Assembly (NCBI GenBank): GCA_032718475.1
Contig: JAUCBJ010001004.1
Location: 1-64,000 of the forward strand
Direction: 5' to 3'
Length of the DNA: 64,000 bases
Source: Nemertoderma westbladi
Lineage: Eukaryota > Animalia > Xenacoelomorpha
Shown here piece by piece: positions 61,954 to 64,000 of the stretch (its first letter is position 1; each line of letters starts with the position of its first letter). The translations under genes and the position numbers were made by a program. A model generated the notes under the pieces. The model worked only from the letters and a program-made list of their open reading frames with translations, had not been told where the DNA came from and made no database searches.

Positions 61954-63139
61954 TTTATTACCGTTGCCGCCACCACCATCAATATTTTACCGGTATATTC
62001 TGATTTCACCATCAACTGTGCTATCTGTCTATTCATTTATTCGATACTATATTTTATATTCATTAACAACGTCGGACAGTCGGAACGATAACAATAACGA
62101 ACTCTTTAACTGGCGGCAGGGACGCGTAAATAAACCACACCGGTCGGGATTCTCGGATCCCGTCACATGGTATCTGGGACAACCTACTAACTGTAGGCCT
62201 ATAATTGTGTACCTTCAAGGTGACACCAAGGTGTTTTGCACTTTATTCTTGATTTTGGTGACTATGGGCTGGGTGCTGCGAATTTTTCGCGACCATAACA
62301 ATATAATTGGACGGATCCATCATGGATCTCCTTATTTCTCACGCGTGTTTGTTTGTTTGTGTGTTTGTTTTTACACATAACTTCTTGCACTTAATGTGGA
62401 TGGAATTGGATGAAACTTTGGTGCTAGATTCATTATCGGACCTAGATTTGTATGGAAAGGTTTTGGTTGCGAGGGACCTGTTTGGTTGCCTAGGAACAGT
62501 GAAATTAATTTTAGAATGACAGATCATAATCGTAGAATTCACTCAATCAAAATTATGTCGACACCCCTAGGGAGCACCTATTGGTCATGCTTTCTGCAAA
62601 ATTTCGCTTTATTTCGTTTAGAATTGTAGAAGACACATTTCCTACAAACAGTGTTTTTTATATATTGTATATTATTGTACTGTACACAACACACTGTACT
62701 TTGCCCAATGTTTTGTTTTTCGTTATTAGGCTTCCCTGCATAGGCACGTAATTTATTACAACAACAACAACTTTGATAGCATTGCAGCATTGCCAGCTCT
62801 CGCTGGCAATCTTGTAGATGTGGCCGCTGCTACGGTGTGGCAGCGGCCATTATTGTCGAAAATTAAAATTGAATTGATGTCGTCGTCGTGCAAATACAAC
62901 CCGTCAGCAGAAATATTGGTATGTATTGGTATTGTATGTGTGGGGTATACACGTTCGTGGGGACTTCGCGCAGCACGTAGTCGGCAAGCCTTGGCATACG
63001 GTTCATATAGAGCAAATGGGGCATGTCTAGTTTGGACCCAATATCCCATGCTATAAATGTATTCATTCGATATACAATCATATGTTAATCCGCTAGGTGG
63101 TGTCAAATTGTTATTCTGCAATTTCGTACTTACCAGTGC

Positions 63140-63565
63140 AGCACTGTACAGCAGTACCGTACCGGTAGGCCTATGTCATTACTTCTGAGTCTCTAGCGGA
63201 TCCCCAATTAAATGTCTTAACTTTTCAATTTCGTAAAAGATAGACTTCATGATTCTCTACAGGCCACCAAAATTTCAGCTCAGGAAAATGAGGCCTTCCC
63301 GAGAAATTTAACATTTTCTAAAAACTACATAATCTGTCGTAGCTGACGTCAGACTGCATGATTTTTCACCAAACTTTACAAACTTTCTAAACTTTCTCTC
63401 TACTACTTACCTACTAAGTTTGGTTCAATTCCGAACCAGCGATGCAGAGAAATTCGCGTTCAAACATTTACCAGACAGACGGACGGACAGACAGACAGAC
63501 GGACCATTTGCCCTATATGAACCGTATGCCAAGGCTCGCCGACTACGTGTCTCGCCCCACAGTAT
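63140..63565. mobile_element. Possible non-autonomous Helentron/DINE-like element
   Basis: (GACA/GACG)n microsatellite at 63472-63504 followed by a short GC-rich terminal stretch. Confidence 0.3.
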
Positions 63566-64000
63566 GTGTATTGTGTATAGATAGGGGTGTGTAGGGGAAC
63601 TGGTTCAAACAGGGGACAATTGCATGAATACACAGCGACAAACCGGAGACGATCTACAATCCGGGGACGTCCCCGGAATGAAAAGATATCAAAAATGGAA
63701 TCTAAGTACTAAAATTAATTGATTCTGAAAATTTCAGATCATTTCGGCGATGTCCCCTGTTCCACAAGGTTCGAGCAATAAGGCCAGTTATTCCATTGGC
63801 TTTCTTTGCGATGGTGGCAATGTGTTTCCCAAATGTGAGGGTGTATTGGAAGGTCACCCCAAGTGTATTTTACGGTTCACGGTGTTATATTTTGACCGTT
63901 ATCAATAATATTTTGTTTAAAAAAAAAGGCCACAAAATATCTGATAGGCCTATCCAAAATACCGTAGGCCTGGCTATCGCTGTATCCAGCTGGATATTTC

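Noticed and set aside
61895-63121. ORFs 61895-62380 and 62756-63121 as genes
   Set aside because: No ATG start (alternative start codons), no recognisable motifs, and low-complexity composition

Overview
Eukaryotic, probably invertebrate animal, repeat-rich DNA made almost entirely of nested mobile elements; no clear host gene. (1) An endogenous Polinton/Maverick (adintovirus-like) virus runs from about 9513 to its ...ACTACT end at 55412. Its + strand virion block has two minor-capsid paralogs, a basic core protein, a major capsid with one nonsense codon, an adenain protease and a DEDD-like nuclease. Its convergent - strand block has a PC4-like protein, a frameshifted protein-primed PolB and a TBP-like gene. 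(2) The TBP-like gene is split by BEL/Pao LTR retrotransposon A (15867-48604, - strand, 1260-bp LTRs, TSD AATAT). (3) The RT region of A is split by related element B (23193-40019, + strand, 1206-bp LTRs, TSD ATATG). (4) The Polinton end sits inside the pol gene of a third BEL/Pao element C, which carries a DEDDy exonuclease accessory gene. (5) A second Polinton-like end remnant (PC4-like gene, palindrome, ...ACTACT at 9512) truncates the first minor-capsid gene. Two observations stand out. A and B have no tRNA primer-binding site; instead the 11-12 nt after each 5' LTR are perfectly complementary to a homologous site inside the same LTR, and the two sequences co-vary between elements, suggesting Tf1-like self-primed reverse transcription in a BEL/Pao lineage. 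Removing A in silico restores an intact 184-aa viral TBP-like ORF. All family assignments come from motif recognition by eye, not database searches.
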